DNA of 64,000 nucleotides. Source: Lepidodermella squamata. Lineage: Eukaryota > Animalia > Gastrotricha. Positions 48,598-59,714 of this stretch are shown here, one piece after another (positions within the stretch are counted from its first letter, which is position 1; each line of letters opens with the position of its first letter). The stretch is taken from positions 496,001-560,000 of the forward strand of contig JBLDXI010000036.1 in the NCBI GenBank assembly GCA_047495785.1. Reading direction: 5' to 3'. The notes under the pieces are model-generated. The model saw only the letters and a list, made by a program, of their open reading frames with translations, made no database searches and was not told the DNA's origin. The position numbers and the translations under genes were made by a program.

Positions 48598-49808
48598 CTA
48601 CGAGCTTTTCGCTTTTTCGATCATTTCCTCTGAGATTTTCCACAGCCGCTCAGCCTTCACGTCATCACGCGCAATCGCGGCTAAACAGCCTTGAACCACC
48701 TGAGAATCGCTGAAGAAACAACCGCTGTACAGTTCGTCGATTTCTGGCTCGCACGCGCAGTAGATCGTTGTTTTGGCGCCGTTTTGAGGTGTCATGGCAA
48801 AGCATCGTTGAACTGGCTCGAAGAATGCCAGGAAAGTACTCGACTGATTACGTTGAGCAATCGTGGTACGGACGAAGCCCGGATGCAGCGAGAACACTGC
48901 AATGCAGCTGGGTTGGCTTGAATTACCAGGGGTCGATCCGTTCAGCTCGAAATGCAGCCTTCGGGCATGCAGGATATTCGCCAGTTTCGACTGGCTATCT
49001 ACATAAAAAAATTTTCATAAATAAAATATTTTGCAAGTAACAATAAAATAAAAATAAATTTAAAATTGATTAACTGAATAATTTATTATGAAATTTATAT
49101 AAATTTATTTTTCGAAAATAAAGTGAATTTCATTGAAAAATTCTAGAAAATTGAAAAAATTCGAAATTTTTCAGATTTAAATACTTACAAGCTCTCATCC
49201 CGCCATACTTTCCCGGCTGTTCTGAGTTCAAATCCTCGATATCGAGCCCACCAGGCCAGGTAAACATGTGAGCTTGCGATGCCACATTCACGATCCGACC
49301 CGGTTTGGACTTCTTGATAAGAGGTAGCAGCAAATTTGTCAGTAAAAAATGGCCCAAATGATTCGTTCCAAAGGTCAGTTCAAATCCATCTTTTGTAAAA
49401 TACCGCTGATCGTTGCCAGCATGAACGCCAGCGTTGTTAATCAAAACGTTGAGAATCGGTTCGGTTTCGAGAATTTTCTTCGCGCACTGGCGGACAGAAT
49501 TCAGGGAAGACAAATCCAACTCAACTGTTGTAACTACACAGGTCGATGCGTATTGGCTAGATTCTTTGGCCAGTGCTTCCTTGATGTTTTTCGCCGCTTC
49601 CTGAGCTGATTGAGTGTTTCGACAGGCCAAAATCACCTTACTAGCTCCTCGCCTTGCTAGCTCGAGAGCTGTTTCATACCCTATACCTGTATTTGATCCT
49701 GAAAAATAAAATAAAATTGCCTGTAAAAATGAGGAAAATTTTGAAAATTGTACCTGTAATCAGGCAGACTTTTCCTTTAATGTCCCACTTTGTAGCAGAG
49801 GCATCCAT
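48598..49808 (-). CDS. SDR, RDH11/12/13-like (3 exons), paralog of 29771-31030
   Basis: CLITG|SNTGIG, INNAG, Y|SQSK, HPGFV. Same two intron positions as the 31030 gene. Confidence 0.92.
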
Positions 49809-50630
49809 TTTTTAAATCTGCTCTAAAAAATCGGGAAAAGTGATACTGTCCGGCAAGACAAATAGCATAATGATAAGGAGGGCATTTTTCGCTCTAGTAG
49901 GCTGTGGGCTGCATCATTTCAGATAAAAACTACGTCAGTACTACAGTGCTATAGTACTAGCCTATAGCGTGTAGCTTTTATAGGAAAATCTACTATAGTA
50001 CTATAGTCCTATTGACCGTATGCACACTCTCGCATACAACATGCATAGTATCTATTGTAAAACTCATTTAAATAAGCCGGGAAAAAGCTCTGCGCGGTTT
50101 TTAACAACTCTGATTCTCAGAAATTCAGTTGCATGAGGATTTCCTACAGATTAAGCCAAAAAGTTGTTTTACGTTAGGCTGTTTATTCTCTTTTTGAGAA
50201 AGTCACATTTAATATTCTACCTATGAAAATGGAACAATTCCGATAGACAACAAGAGAGTCATTTTTCTACATTTTGTAAAAAGGCCAATGTTGTGCCATA
50301 TGTTGTGACTACAATAGGCTAAATCGGCTTCTGAATTTCATGCAAGAAGTCAATAGAACCAAATCGTTCAGATGATTCTTAATCTAAAAGAATCTGAAAA
50401 TTGTAATCAATAAAGTTGTTTTTCAGACGCATCGATCTCATGGCGCGTGGCGAAGAAATTCATTGATAACAACTTATTTTTTTTTGAAGAATCTAAATTT
50501 CAGCCATATCCCATGAAACATTGGAAAATTAGACATTTTTTAGAAATTTTCTGTGAAGTTGGCTTTCATTTCGAGCTGTAATGCATCGCAAACATTGTTG
50601 GTCATGTTTTCTAGGTCATAAGTCATAATT

Positions 50631-52334
50631 ATGGATTGTTACGACAGCAATTGGTCGCTTGATGGCAAAACAATACTCATAACTGGGGCAACATCTGGCA
50701 TAGGCCTGGAAACTACGCTGGAACTGGCCTGCAACACTACAGCAAACAAAGGTACGCCAAAGCGGATAATCCTCGCCTGCCGTAACTTGAAGGCGGCTCA
50801 AAAACTTGCCGAACAAATTAAAGAAAAACAGCCACAAGTCGCTGTTGATTGCTACGAACTTCAGTTGTCGTCCTTAGCTTCGGTTAAAAAAGCTGCCGAA
50901 TCGATTCTTCAAGGCGAAAATGCCCAACTTCACGTTTTGATAGCAAATGCTGGAACTTACGCCCCGGACGCAAAAGTAATCACAGATGAAGGGTTCGAGT
51001 CGACTTTTGCCACGAATCACTTGGGTCACAGTTTGTTGATCCGACTTTTACTGCCTTTGATGAAAAAATCGATTGGGCAAGATGGCGGTCGAATAATTAT
51101 ACTGTCATCTGAGGGTTATAAGTTTGTCTGGTCTACGCCGCGATTCCACGCCTATCTTGACGATTTCAATTACGAGAAAACACCCTATGAAGCTGGTCTA
51201 GCTTACGCCTTCACTAAAATGTGCAATCTACTGTACGCCAAGGCCTTAGGGGAACGGTTGAGTCGAAACGGGGATACGGAGAAAATCACAGCCGTCTCCG
51301 TTCATCCTGGTTTGGTGAGCACGGATCTTTTCCGGCATCGCTCGTGGCTGTTTCAGATGATTCTGAGGCCGATTGAATGGCTGTTGTTCATCACGCCGCA
51401 TCAAGGTGCTCTAACAACGCTACATTGTGCTCGCGAGCCAGGATTGTCCCGACTGAATGGGAAATACTTCAAGTAAGTTCTTTGCTCTCACTTCAGCAAA
51501 GCTGATTTTTTTAAATTCAGGAATTTGCTTGATTATAAATTATTTACGTGAAAATTGCTGGCCCATAATTTCGCAAAATTCATCAAAAGGCTCAACGAAT
51601 TTTGTTTTATATTTTTTGGAAATTTCCGTACTTCAAAAATAACAGCACCTTTCCTAGAAAAACTCAAAAACTTAGTCATCGAGCTTTGCTAATGTGTAAA
51701 GCCTAAGTTTAAGGGGTACGAGAGTTACCCTACCCCAGTCGAGAGGGCAAGACGAGAAAATTCTTCGCTGCAAATATTCGAGGCCGAAAATACCTGATTG
51801 GTCTTTTCGGCCCCATTTGAAGCCCCACTTCAAGAAAACCCGGAAAAAACTGTGATCTGAAAATTCCCCAACTTGCCTCCCTGGACCCTATAGCTCCATG
51901 ATCCTACTTCGCACATGTGTCCTACTTCGCAAGGTTTTGGCAATTCGCCCAAGCTTAACGTCACCACGTCTAGCTTTAAATGATAATATCAAGGTCGCCA
52001 CAGCTAATGTGGCGAGTGACGGCCATGATGTCCTCATTCCGAAGCTGTCCGATGTGAAGCTTGAACCTTTCGAACGTAAACATGTCCTAGTGACGATATT
52101 TTTCCATGTCATTCTCCATTATGGCATCATTAAATCATTATATCATCTGCTATTGATCCTACCTCATGTTCCGCAACTAATGAAAATTTATGGTTTCATC
52201 GTTTTATACACAGAAACAGCGGAGTAGCCGAACCCTGGCAAATCGCAAAGGACAACTCGTCAGCGGAACGACTTTGGACTTTAACCGAGCAACTTCTCAA
52301 CGAAAAAGGCCTAATTCAGGCGAAAATTGATTGA
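50631..52334 (+). CDS. SDR, RDH11/12/13-like (2 exons)
   Basis: TGATSGIG, ANAG, YAFTK, HPG. Exon 1 ends 51472 (AA|GTAAG); exon 2 52214-52334 encodes NSGVAEPW...AERLWTLTEQLL. Confidence 0.9.
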
Positions 52335-52585
52335 AACTAATTGACTGTGACTTGAAAATGCGCCATAACAGTACAATTTGATTACTCCATTGCCGATGAA
52401 TTTAACGTTGAATAAAGAATTCACATGTGTTAGTCATATAGGAAGTGTGCAATTACATATCAGTGACACGTGCATCGTGACTAATGTCAAACAAAAACGA
52501 TGGCCACCCCTACTTCCGACTGAATATAAAATCAATGAATGCTTTCATCATTTTTTAAAGACGAGCGAGTTACTGTGCGTGAAAA

Positions 52586-53884
52586 ATGTTCAGGAGGAAA
52601 ACCTCAGATCGAGATGGCAAAATGTTGATACGCGAGCAGTTGAGGCGAGGCTCATCAACAGGCCCAGTCAACCGGCACAGCCACCACCACCGCAACCGGG
52701 TCGCTGGTCGCAACTTCAAGAACCTCGCCTACAGCATGGAATCGCTATTCTGCAAAACTCAATCTTTCATCTCAAACACAGTGGCGACTGGTGGGAAAAC
52801 TAACGACGCCTTATGGAACGTCCACGGCAAAACTTGTATAGTCACAGGCGGAACTTCCGGGATCGGACTTCAAACCGCCTTGGGGCTGCTAAAACGCGGG
52901 GCGAGGGTCATTCTCGGCTGTAGAAACGGCCAGGCTGCTGAGGAGGCGATGATCTACCTCAGGCGATACGCTGGGATCAAATCGCCGGAAATAGCCGCGA
53001 AGGTCCTATCCTGGTGCCATCTCGACCTAGCCAGCCTGTCATCTGTCCACCGTTTCGCCGAGGAAATTTTGTCCCACGAGAAACAGGTCCATGTTTTGGT
53101 CAATAACGCGGCTGTAATCACGACGAAACCCCGCCAGGTCCGTTTGGAGGGGAATCTAGAGCTGACCCTAGCTACAAACCACCTTGGGCCGTTTCTTTTA
53201 ACGAATCTACTCCTCCCGTTGCTAAGGGCGAGTTCACCGAGTCGAATTATCGTCGTAACATCCGAAAGCTACAAACAATGCCGGAAAATGTTCCATGGTC
53301 AAGGGTTGAATTTGCCGGATTTAGGCTACGACTACAACCCGAAATCTTTCGATCCTTGGCACGCGTATTGCCAGACCAAGCTGATGAATATTCTGTTCAC
53401 CCGAACCCTGAATTGGCAGTTGAACGGCGGTGGGGCGAGTGGAGTTTCGGTTTTCGCCGTGAATCCTGGCCTTTGTTCGACGGATCTTTTCAGGAACCAG
53501 CCTAAGACCCTGGCGCATGCTTTCCTCGCGAAATTCGGCCGGACAGCTCGAGAGGGGGCTGAGTGTAGCATCTACTGCGCTGCTCAGCCTGGGTTACAGG
53601 AATTTTCCGGTCGATACTTCAGTAAATGCCGGATAAAGCAGCTGGAGAGTATGGCGATGGATGATAGTCTAGCTGCGAAGTTGTGGTCTGCCTCTGAGCG
53701 GCTAACTGGTTTGCGGGCTATGATGAGTAATCGATCGTCGACGGGCACTGAAGGCTTCTATAGTTGCCAGGACTTCAGGCTGAAGCATACGTTCAGTGAG
53801 GTGCCTCAAAACAGCCCGAAGCAAGTCGACCACAAACGGGTAGACATTCAGCATTCGTTGACAGATTTTGAAATGGCTTTATGA
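52586..53884 (+). CDS. SDR, RDH11/12/13-like, intronless, with N- and C-terminal extensions
   Basis: TGGTSGIG, NNAA, TNHLG, YCQTK, NPG, KLWSASE. Confidence 0.92.
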   Translation: MFRRKTSDRDGKMLIREQLRRGSSTGPVNRHSHHHRNRVAGRNFKNLAYSMESLFCKTQSFISNTVATGGKTNDALWNVHGKTCIVTGGTSGIGLQTALGLLKRGARVILGCRNGQAAEEAMIYLRRYAGIKSPEIAAKVLSWCHLDLASLSSVHRFAEEILSHEKQVHVLVNNAAVITTKPRQVRLEGNLELTLATNHLGPFLLTNLLLPLLRASSPSRIIVVTSESYKQCRKMFHGQGLNLPDLGYDYNPKSFDPWHAYCQTKLMNILFTRTLNWQLNGGGASGVSVFAVNPGLCSTDLFRNQPKTLAHAFLAKFGRTAREGAECSIYCAAQPGLQEFSGRYFSKCRIKQLESMAMDDSLAAKLWSASERLTGLRAMMSNRSSTGTEGFYSCQDFRLKHTFSEVPQNSPKQVDHKRVDIQHSLTDFEMAL

Positions 53885-54979
53885 TGATGTTCACTTTGAC
53901 TGTTGTAAATTAGAAGCTAGAAGAAATGCTACAGAGACGCAAACCTGTTGTTCTAGCTTGCTTGGGCCCTAGGAGCTTGACTAATAAATTTTTCAATTTC
54001 TATACCACCATTCTCAACGGGCATATTGAATAACTATAACTGACAAATCAATTTCGGATATTGTCGATCAGCATCACTTTGGATTTGAAGAAAAGAAAAT
54101 GTTAACCTTGAAAACTATGCGGCTGAGATTCCATGAACTTATGCAGCAAATTTCGATGGATTTTCTAGGGTCGAAGGGCTGATTGCATTTCCTCTGCACT
54201 TTTCCTATATGTAGTCGAAGCTTGATCGAATGGTTTGAATGAGAAAAACCCGTCAGACCTCGCAGATAAGGATGTGGACTGAAATGTTCACCGAGCTTGC
54301 CGAGATCAAGGTCAACGTGTTCCTGTTTGGTTTTTCGATCTCGATTTAAAATGTTAGCAGATTATCTTGAAAAATTGCAACATTCTAGTCGACTACAGTT
54401 ATTAGTAACCTTCCAAAACTTCCTGAGTGAAAAATGGCCCTCGCCCTTTACATTCGGCTATTCTCGAAGAAAAGGCCTTCCAGAATTTTGTTGTGGTTAG
54501 ATACATTCAAAATATGCGAAAATTCCTATAAATCTATAATTAGTTTCGACTGAGATATTTTTAATTAAAGAACCAACTTTGCGACCTCGAGCCGTTGTAA
54601 ATTTAATTTCTAACGACGTTTTGGGTACAACCTATCATCAGGCTTAACAATCTCAGACAAGTTAAAATCGCAGATATTTTATGGAAAATCTCTAAATAGA
54701 AAAAGACCCTTAAATTGCTTTCATATGTTTGATTGATAGAAAAACCACTGCAGCAACATCAGCTGTTTTACTGATAGAACAGGTTCCTATCGCCCACTAT
54801 CAAACATCAAACAAAATTCTCAGTATAAAGCCTCTCAAAACAATGGCGGTTTACATAAGTAATTTTCTTCCGATTTGTTGAATTGTGAAACTCACTTAAA
54901 TCTCAAAACAAAAATACCCTCTAAATACAAAAATATTCCGTTTATTATGTCATATTATTCAATTATGTCATAGTTAACT

Positions 54980-55424
54980 TATAGGCAGCAATCTACAATT
55001 TCCTCACAAGTGAGTGATACAGATATCCAATCGACTTCTGGGTCAGATGCCATGCAACTCATGTCAGTGAAATGTGTGTTCAAAGCAATAAATAACATGA
55101 GGCTAAATTTGGGAGACGGATTTTTTAAACGCGAAAATATCCGGCTTGAAAAGGAAGCGCGGTACACAGCTCAGTACGCTGCACACTAGAACAATCAATG
55201 AAGCCGAGGCGAAAACGACGATGGCACTTCCTGACGTCGGGCATTTCACAGATCTACAAGCTTTGTAAGACGACAAGACGTCTAGCACTAGCACAATCGA
55301 AAACACCAGACTCCCGATAGCAATAGCAGCCCAGAGGCGGAGAGATCTTGAATGTAAGATGCGAAGTCGAAAATCGGAGAAGATTGTAACGTTGTAAGCG
55401 ACCTGGCAAGATTCGCACTGAATT
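54980..55424 (-). pseudogene. Partial duplicate of the 3' end of the RING-CH gene
   Basis: Near copy of 56795-57232 with small deletions. Encodes the same FSIVLVLDV...KKSVSQI terminus. Confidence 0.88.
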
Positions 55425-55964
55425 TCGCATTCGCATTCATGTTTGTGCGTACCTATAGCTGTTTATCATTCGTTTTTTTATTGCCCCGTCGATGCGTCGC
55501 TTCGTCGATCATACCAGACTGGTCGTTTCGGTGGTGGGATGAATTGAGATGAATTGATGCGATCTCAAGATGATATTGCATAAATGCGAAATGCGGAAAT
55601 GAACTCATGTATTGTCGAAACTACTCAACTTCTCGCTAGTAGCTGCTTGAATCCTCTTGCCTGTGCCCAGGCAATATGTTTATTTTTTGTCGCTGCCAAT
55701 TTCTCTTGTCCGTGATGGAGAAATTTTTCAATTTGTTGAATCAGTCGCTTTGCTGCCGTTAATCAAGCTAGATGGGCGCGCTTAATAATCCATTTAGCCT
55801 CCCAGGGATACTACGATAACTATGTAAACAATCGAGCCTAATGCTGACACGGACGCCGAATGACTGGCAAAGTGCTTATCGAGAAGCTCATCAATGCTTA
55901 CTTCATTATTCAAGTTTCTATCATACAGATAAAGTCGAAATTTTCTTACATTTCTTGATAACTC

Positions 55965-56246
55965 ATGGCAACTAAGCTGGCATTGGTGACCGTCGTTTTG
56001 GTGAGCAGCCTTTTGAAATTATTCGTAACCCTTAATAGCCGAACGTTATATTCCACATAGGCCACTGTCATTCTCATGGCATCAGCAGAAAGAGAAGGAG
56101 ATCGTTGCGACTTTGGTGGGGGTATGTCTGGCACTTTGGTTAGAGTGGGCTCAAATAATATGCTGATGTGCTACCCGTCATTCGGCCGTGAAGAAGTGCT
56201 GATGGAGGAAGCGGCCCGGGATTCGCCTGGTGAACTGGTGAACTGA
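55965..56246 (+). CDS. Secreted prepropeptide, single-disulfide peptide family member 3 (73 aa)
   Basis: Exon 1 55965-56000, 60-nt GTGAG...TAG intron, exon 2 56061-56246: MATKLALVTVVL|ATVILMASA-EREGDRCDFGGGMSGTLVRVGSNNMLMCYPSF-GR-EEVLMEEAAR-DSPGELVN*. AATAAA near 56388. Confidence 0.82.
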
Positions 56247-56910
56247 ATTGCACCCTGACTCTCGCATAGATCATATAAGGCTTGAGCTCCATGCGATTTA
56301 AAACAGGCTGCTGGGAGCGATGAGGGGATAGCAGCAAGACTGTGAATATAGATCTTTACATTGTAAACTAACCGTGATGTGAGGTTTCAATAAAAATGAA
56401 TGCTACGGCAGTGGGAAGTTGTTAATCCACAGTGATGACACGTTTTTTTGGGCCATGATGGGCAAAGGATAATAGGAAATGATTATAAATTCATTTCTTA
56501 ATTATATATTTTGATTAAAAGCTTTTATATGGAACTGGGGTGGTCGCGACGCCACAACCCTATACTTCGTACTCTGGAGCTCCGCTGTCGCTTACCCAGC
56601 CTCCAGTCCTTCCTGACTCGCGCTCAAAGCCGTTATTTCGACAACGCCGTTCGACATATCTTGCCTCTGCGGGAGGACGTGGAAAGCGTCCGCACCTCGT
56701 CGCCGCACCTCGTCGCCGCCGATACACATTTTCCAAAAAAGCCATGTTTACATTCAAAAATATTATTTACATTTTTATTATTTCATAGGTGATTTATAGG
56801 CCTCAATCTACAATATCCTCCCATTTTTGTGATACAATAACATCGTTTTCTAGTTCAGAATTTCTAATAATTTCTTTGAAATGTGTGCTCAAAGCAATAT
56901 AAACATGAGG

Positions 56911-57972
56911 CTAAATTTGGGAGACGGATTTTTTGAACGCGAAAATATCCGGCTTGAAAAGGAAGCGCGGTACACAGCTGAGCACGCTGCACACTAGAAC
57001 AATCAGTGAAGCCGAGGCGAAAACGACGATAGCACTTCCTGAAGTCGGGCATTTCACAGATCTACAAGCTTTGTAAGACGACACGACGTCTAGCACTAGC
57101 ACAATCGAAAAAATCAGACTCCCAATAGCAATAGCAGCCCAGAGGCGGAGCGATCTTGAATGTAAGATGCGAAGTCGCAAATCGGAGAAGATTGTAACGT
57201 TGTAGGGAACCTGGCAAGATTCGCACTGAATTTTACCCCACTCGCCCTTTGAGGCTGTTTCCAGGCGTTGTCGGAGAAGTTCGTCGAGGCAAGATTGGTG
57301 AACCACGCCGAGACATCCGCAGATTTTACGGTAGAGAGGGTCGGTCGTATCGCCACTTCGGCACAAGCGACACATGCTCAGATCACGAGTTTTACGGTCA
57401 GTGAACGAATCGACCCTAGGGTGGTATTTGAACATCTTCCGGCCGTAGATGCAAACATAACCGGCAAGGAACGCAGAGCCGAGGAAAATCAGAGCTACAG
57501 CGATCGTGACCAAGATTACAAGAGGTAGAAACAGGCAATATCCGCCTTTTGTTACGTAATAACAAGAAATTGAGTAATTAATCGTGGCTAGTTGGATTAT
57601 GCAAGAAATCAGAAATAGGAGAGTCGCGAGAAGGACCCCGCTGTTGAAGCGAAACCAGGTATTAGCCAGCCAGTGGCTTTTCAACCAAGATTGAAAGGTG
57701 AAGGTGAATGTGCAGTTGTAGTGCCGGCTGCATTTGTCGCAGATGATGTCTCCGTGGCTGTCTCGGGGTAGTTTTTCGAGATTATCGCGTAGATACTGGT
57801 CGAAGCATCGCGAGTGGACGAAGCTGTCGTGGACTTCGCATGAGCAGAGATTGCCGTGTAACGGAGCTGTGCGTTTGATGGATTTTCCGAACAAATTACA
57901 GGCGTCGTACTCAAAAGGCCCACGATCGCAAAATCGACATTTTGGCGGACACGCTTTTTCAGGAGATGACAT
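56911..57972 (-). CDS. MARCH-like membrane E3 ligase with a duplicated RING-CH plus 2TM unit
   Basis: CRFC...CSC...VHSRC...CDKC, two TM segments, then CRLC...CGC..VHQSC...CESC and two more TM segments. Confidence 0.85.
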   Translation of the reverse strand: MSSPEKACPPKCRFCDRGPFEYDACNLFGKSIKRTAPLHGNLCSCEVHDSFVHSRCFDQYLRDNLEKLPRDSHGDIICDKCSRHYNCTFTFTFQSWLKSHWLANTWFRFNSGVLLATLLFLISCIIQLATINYSISCYYVTKGGYCLFLPLVILVTIAVALIFLGSAFLAGYVCIYGRKMFKYHPRVDSFTDRKTRDLSMCRLCRSGDTTDPLYRKICGCLGVVHQSCLDELLRQRLETASKGEWGKIQCESCQVPYNVTIFSDLRLRILHSRSLRLWAAIAIGSLIFSIVLVLDVVSSYKACRSVKCPTSGSAIVVFASASLIVLVCSVLSCVPRFLFKPDIFAFKKSVSQI

Positions 57973-59714
57973 TTTAAAAAATTCTAAAAAATTCTGGAAA
58001 ATTTGAACCGGTCAAAAATTATATTAAAAATTAATAGAAAATTAGGGGAAGCATGAATTATTTTTTACTAAATTTTTAAAAAATTTGGAAATTCTTTCTT
58101 TATTGTGGGAAATTAAATAGCAATTTTCATGATTTTCAAATTATTTGAGGAATTTTGCTATATTTCTGCAAGTGCGATTTTTCAGTGAAAATAAGTGCTG
58201 ATATGGGGTGTGAACTCGCATTATATGAGAAAAATATCGAAAAATTGAGCGTTATTTACAGAAAAAGGCGCGAGAGTTTTTGACGCGTGTTTATTAGCCT
58301 TCATCATTATCACACCACCTAATAACGCCTGATAGCTCGGGGCCTGCTCACTCACTCACTCATTCGTATATTGGCGCATAGCAAAGTGATTCCGCTGCCT
58401 TATTAGTAGCAGTTGCGTTTGGAAAAACAACATCACTCCTTATCTTCTTCACGTTTCCTGTGATGCGTAAATACAGTGAAGGATAGAATGAAGAAAATAT
58501 CAATAGGAAATGTATATTATTAAGACCGCGAAATTGTGCACTCGATCTTAACATTTTGATGTGCCTGCGCGCGCTCATTCCGTGACCACTGAGAGTGCAT
58601 AGTAATGATATAATGCAATAAAAATTGCAATCGCGCAATTGCCGGTCAAGTGCAATGAAAAATCTAATAATCGGGAGCAAATATAAAATCCAACTCCTTC
58701 GTGTCTGAGATGAGACGCCTAGGTTGCGGCTAATTTTAAGAAAAAAATAAGCAAATCAAATTTGAAAAACGGCTTCTATAGAATTTAGAAAATGGGTCAT
58801 TATGCCGGGCTAAATACGTGAGCTCACGTGAGCAAACAGAGCGAAAAATAATTTTGTTGGCACCTGATATAGATAAACGAGGTAAATATTGGCGTAGTGG
58901 CCGTTATAATGTCCGAAAGCTGGCAAATTTCATGATAGCGAGAATATCCAACGCTTTACAACAATTTAACGCAGAAAAGTAGAGACTTGGGTAGATGTAG
59001 CTTGCTTGTGTATAAATTGCGTTTCATTTTCGTTTTACCAGGACTTTTGTTCGTTAGCATCAATTGAGGCGTTGATATTGGGATAGAATGTTCACAGTTA
59101 GCCTTTCATGGTGGCAAGCGCATCTTTTTCCATCATGTTTTACAATTCACATATGTTTCCGTCCAGTAGTATATTGACTGAAATCCAAACCATAGCGCTG
59201 ACCCATACCCTAATCCCTAATCCTGGCCTAACGCTAACCCAGGCTAACTGGGGCCATCGAAGACTTTGGTCTTTGGCTGGGTTCAGCTTGCGGCCCGATT
59301 GAACTGGTCGTGATATTCCGTAATCCACAATCCATGCAATCCCTATCAGTATTTCTCCTTTCAGCTGTCACGGTTATTTACAGCCATAGCCCCTTCACTC
59401 ATAGCAAAAGCCTTGCTATTTAGGCCTCTTTCAATTCGGAAGCCTTTCAACTCAACGTAATACCTTATTCAAAGAAACTAGAAAGCTGGACGCTGCAATT
59501 ATGATACCAATGATCTGTTATCTTCGAATCTCACAATGAATACGGCCAAGGCTAATATTTGATCAAAATGTAATACTTGTTGTAACAAACCGAGGACCGA
59601 GGAAATTGGCAGAGCCATGATCTAGAGGTTTCTAACGGAAATGAAGTTTATTCACTATTTGAGTTGATAGGTGATCAATATCGAAAACCCAGTAACCGAG
59701 GACAGTTGCGAAAA

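Noticed and set aside
59200-59241. Telomere-like CCCTAA variants
   Set aside because: Only a few degenerate units; typical of repeat interiors and not evidence of a chromosome end or fusion.
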